The notes beneath the pieces are model-generated. The model made no database searches, had not been told where the DNA came from, and saw nothing but the letters and a program-made list of their open reading frames with translations. From NCBI GenBank assembly GCA_051294375.1, contig JBJCIZ010000895.1, positions 1 through 20,273 of the forward strand: 20,273 bases of DNA, in the 5' to 3' direction. Below are positions 20,148 to 20,273 of the stretch, one piece after another (position 1 is the stretch's first letter; every line of letters begins with the position of its first letter). The stretch is from Paraspadella gotoi (lineage: Eukaryota > Animalia > Chaetognatha). The translations under genes were made by a program, and so were the position numbers.

Positions 20148-20273
20148 AAATTCTTACACCTGCCTAATCATCTAATGCGTGATCAGGTCCTCGTTCAAAA
20201 CCAATTTTTCGTGTTATCGTGTCTCAAAATCACTTTTCTATCTGTGGCAGCGTACTGCTGCTCCAGCGACGTA

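Noticed and set aside
1-20273. CRISPR array, prokaryotic operon or defence system
   Set aside because: No regularly spaced repeat-spacer units and no long ORFs. The organisation is that of eukaryotic repeat-rich non-coding DNA.

Overview
AT-rich, almost entirely non-coding eukaryotic DNA, most like an insect intronic or intergenic region. I found no prokaryote-type genes, operons, rRNA or CRISPR. The window is mostly a mosaic of decayed, nested non-autonomous repeats. These are: a ~1.5 kb palindrome- and pyrimidine-tract-bearing family (3 copies); a TA-flanked Tc1/mariner-superfamily MITE-like element (13392-14872) that contains a foldback segment and a fragment of another repeat; a DINE-1/HINE-like family (4 pieces); three diverged tRNA-derived SINE-like elements that share a short central motif; two smaller dispersed repeat families; and a disrupted Ty3/Gypsy pol fragment (15101-15336, minus strand). 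One candidate host-gene start (a spliced 5' UTR plus a first coding exon, ~5323-5499) is tentative. Nearly all supplied ORFs look spurious. I found no convincing novel biological system. The most interesting signals are structural features of the repeats. Repeat boundaries are approximate and were aligned by eye.
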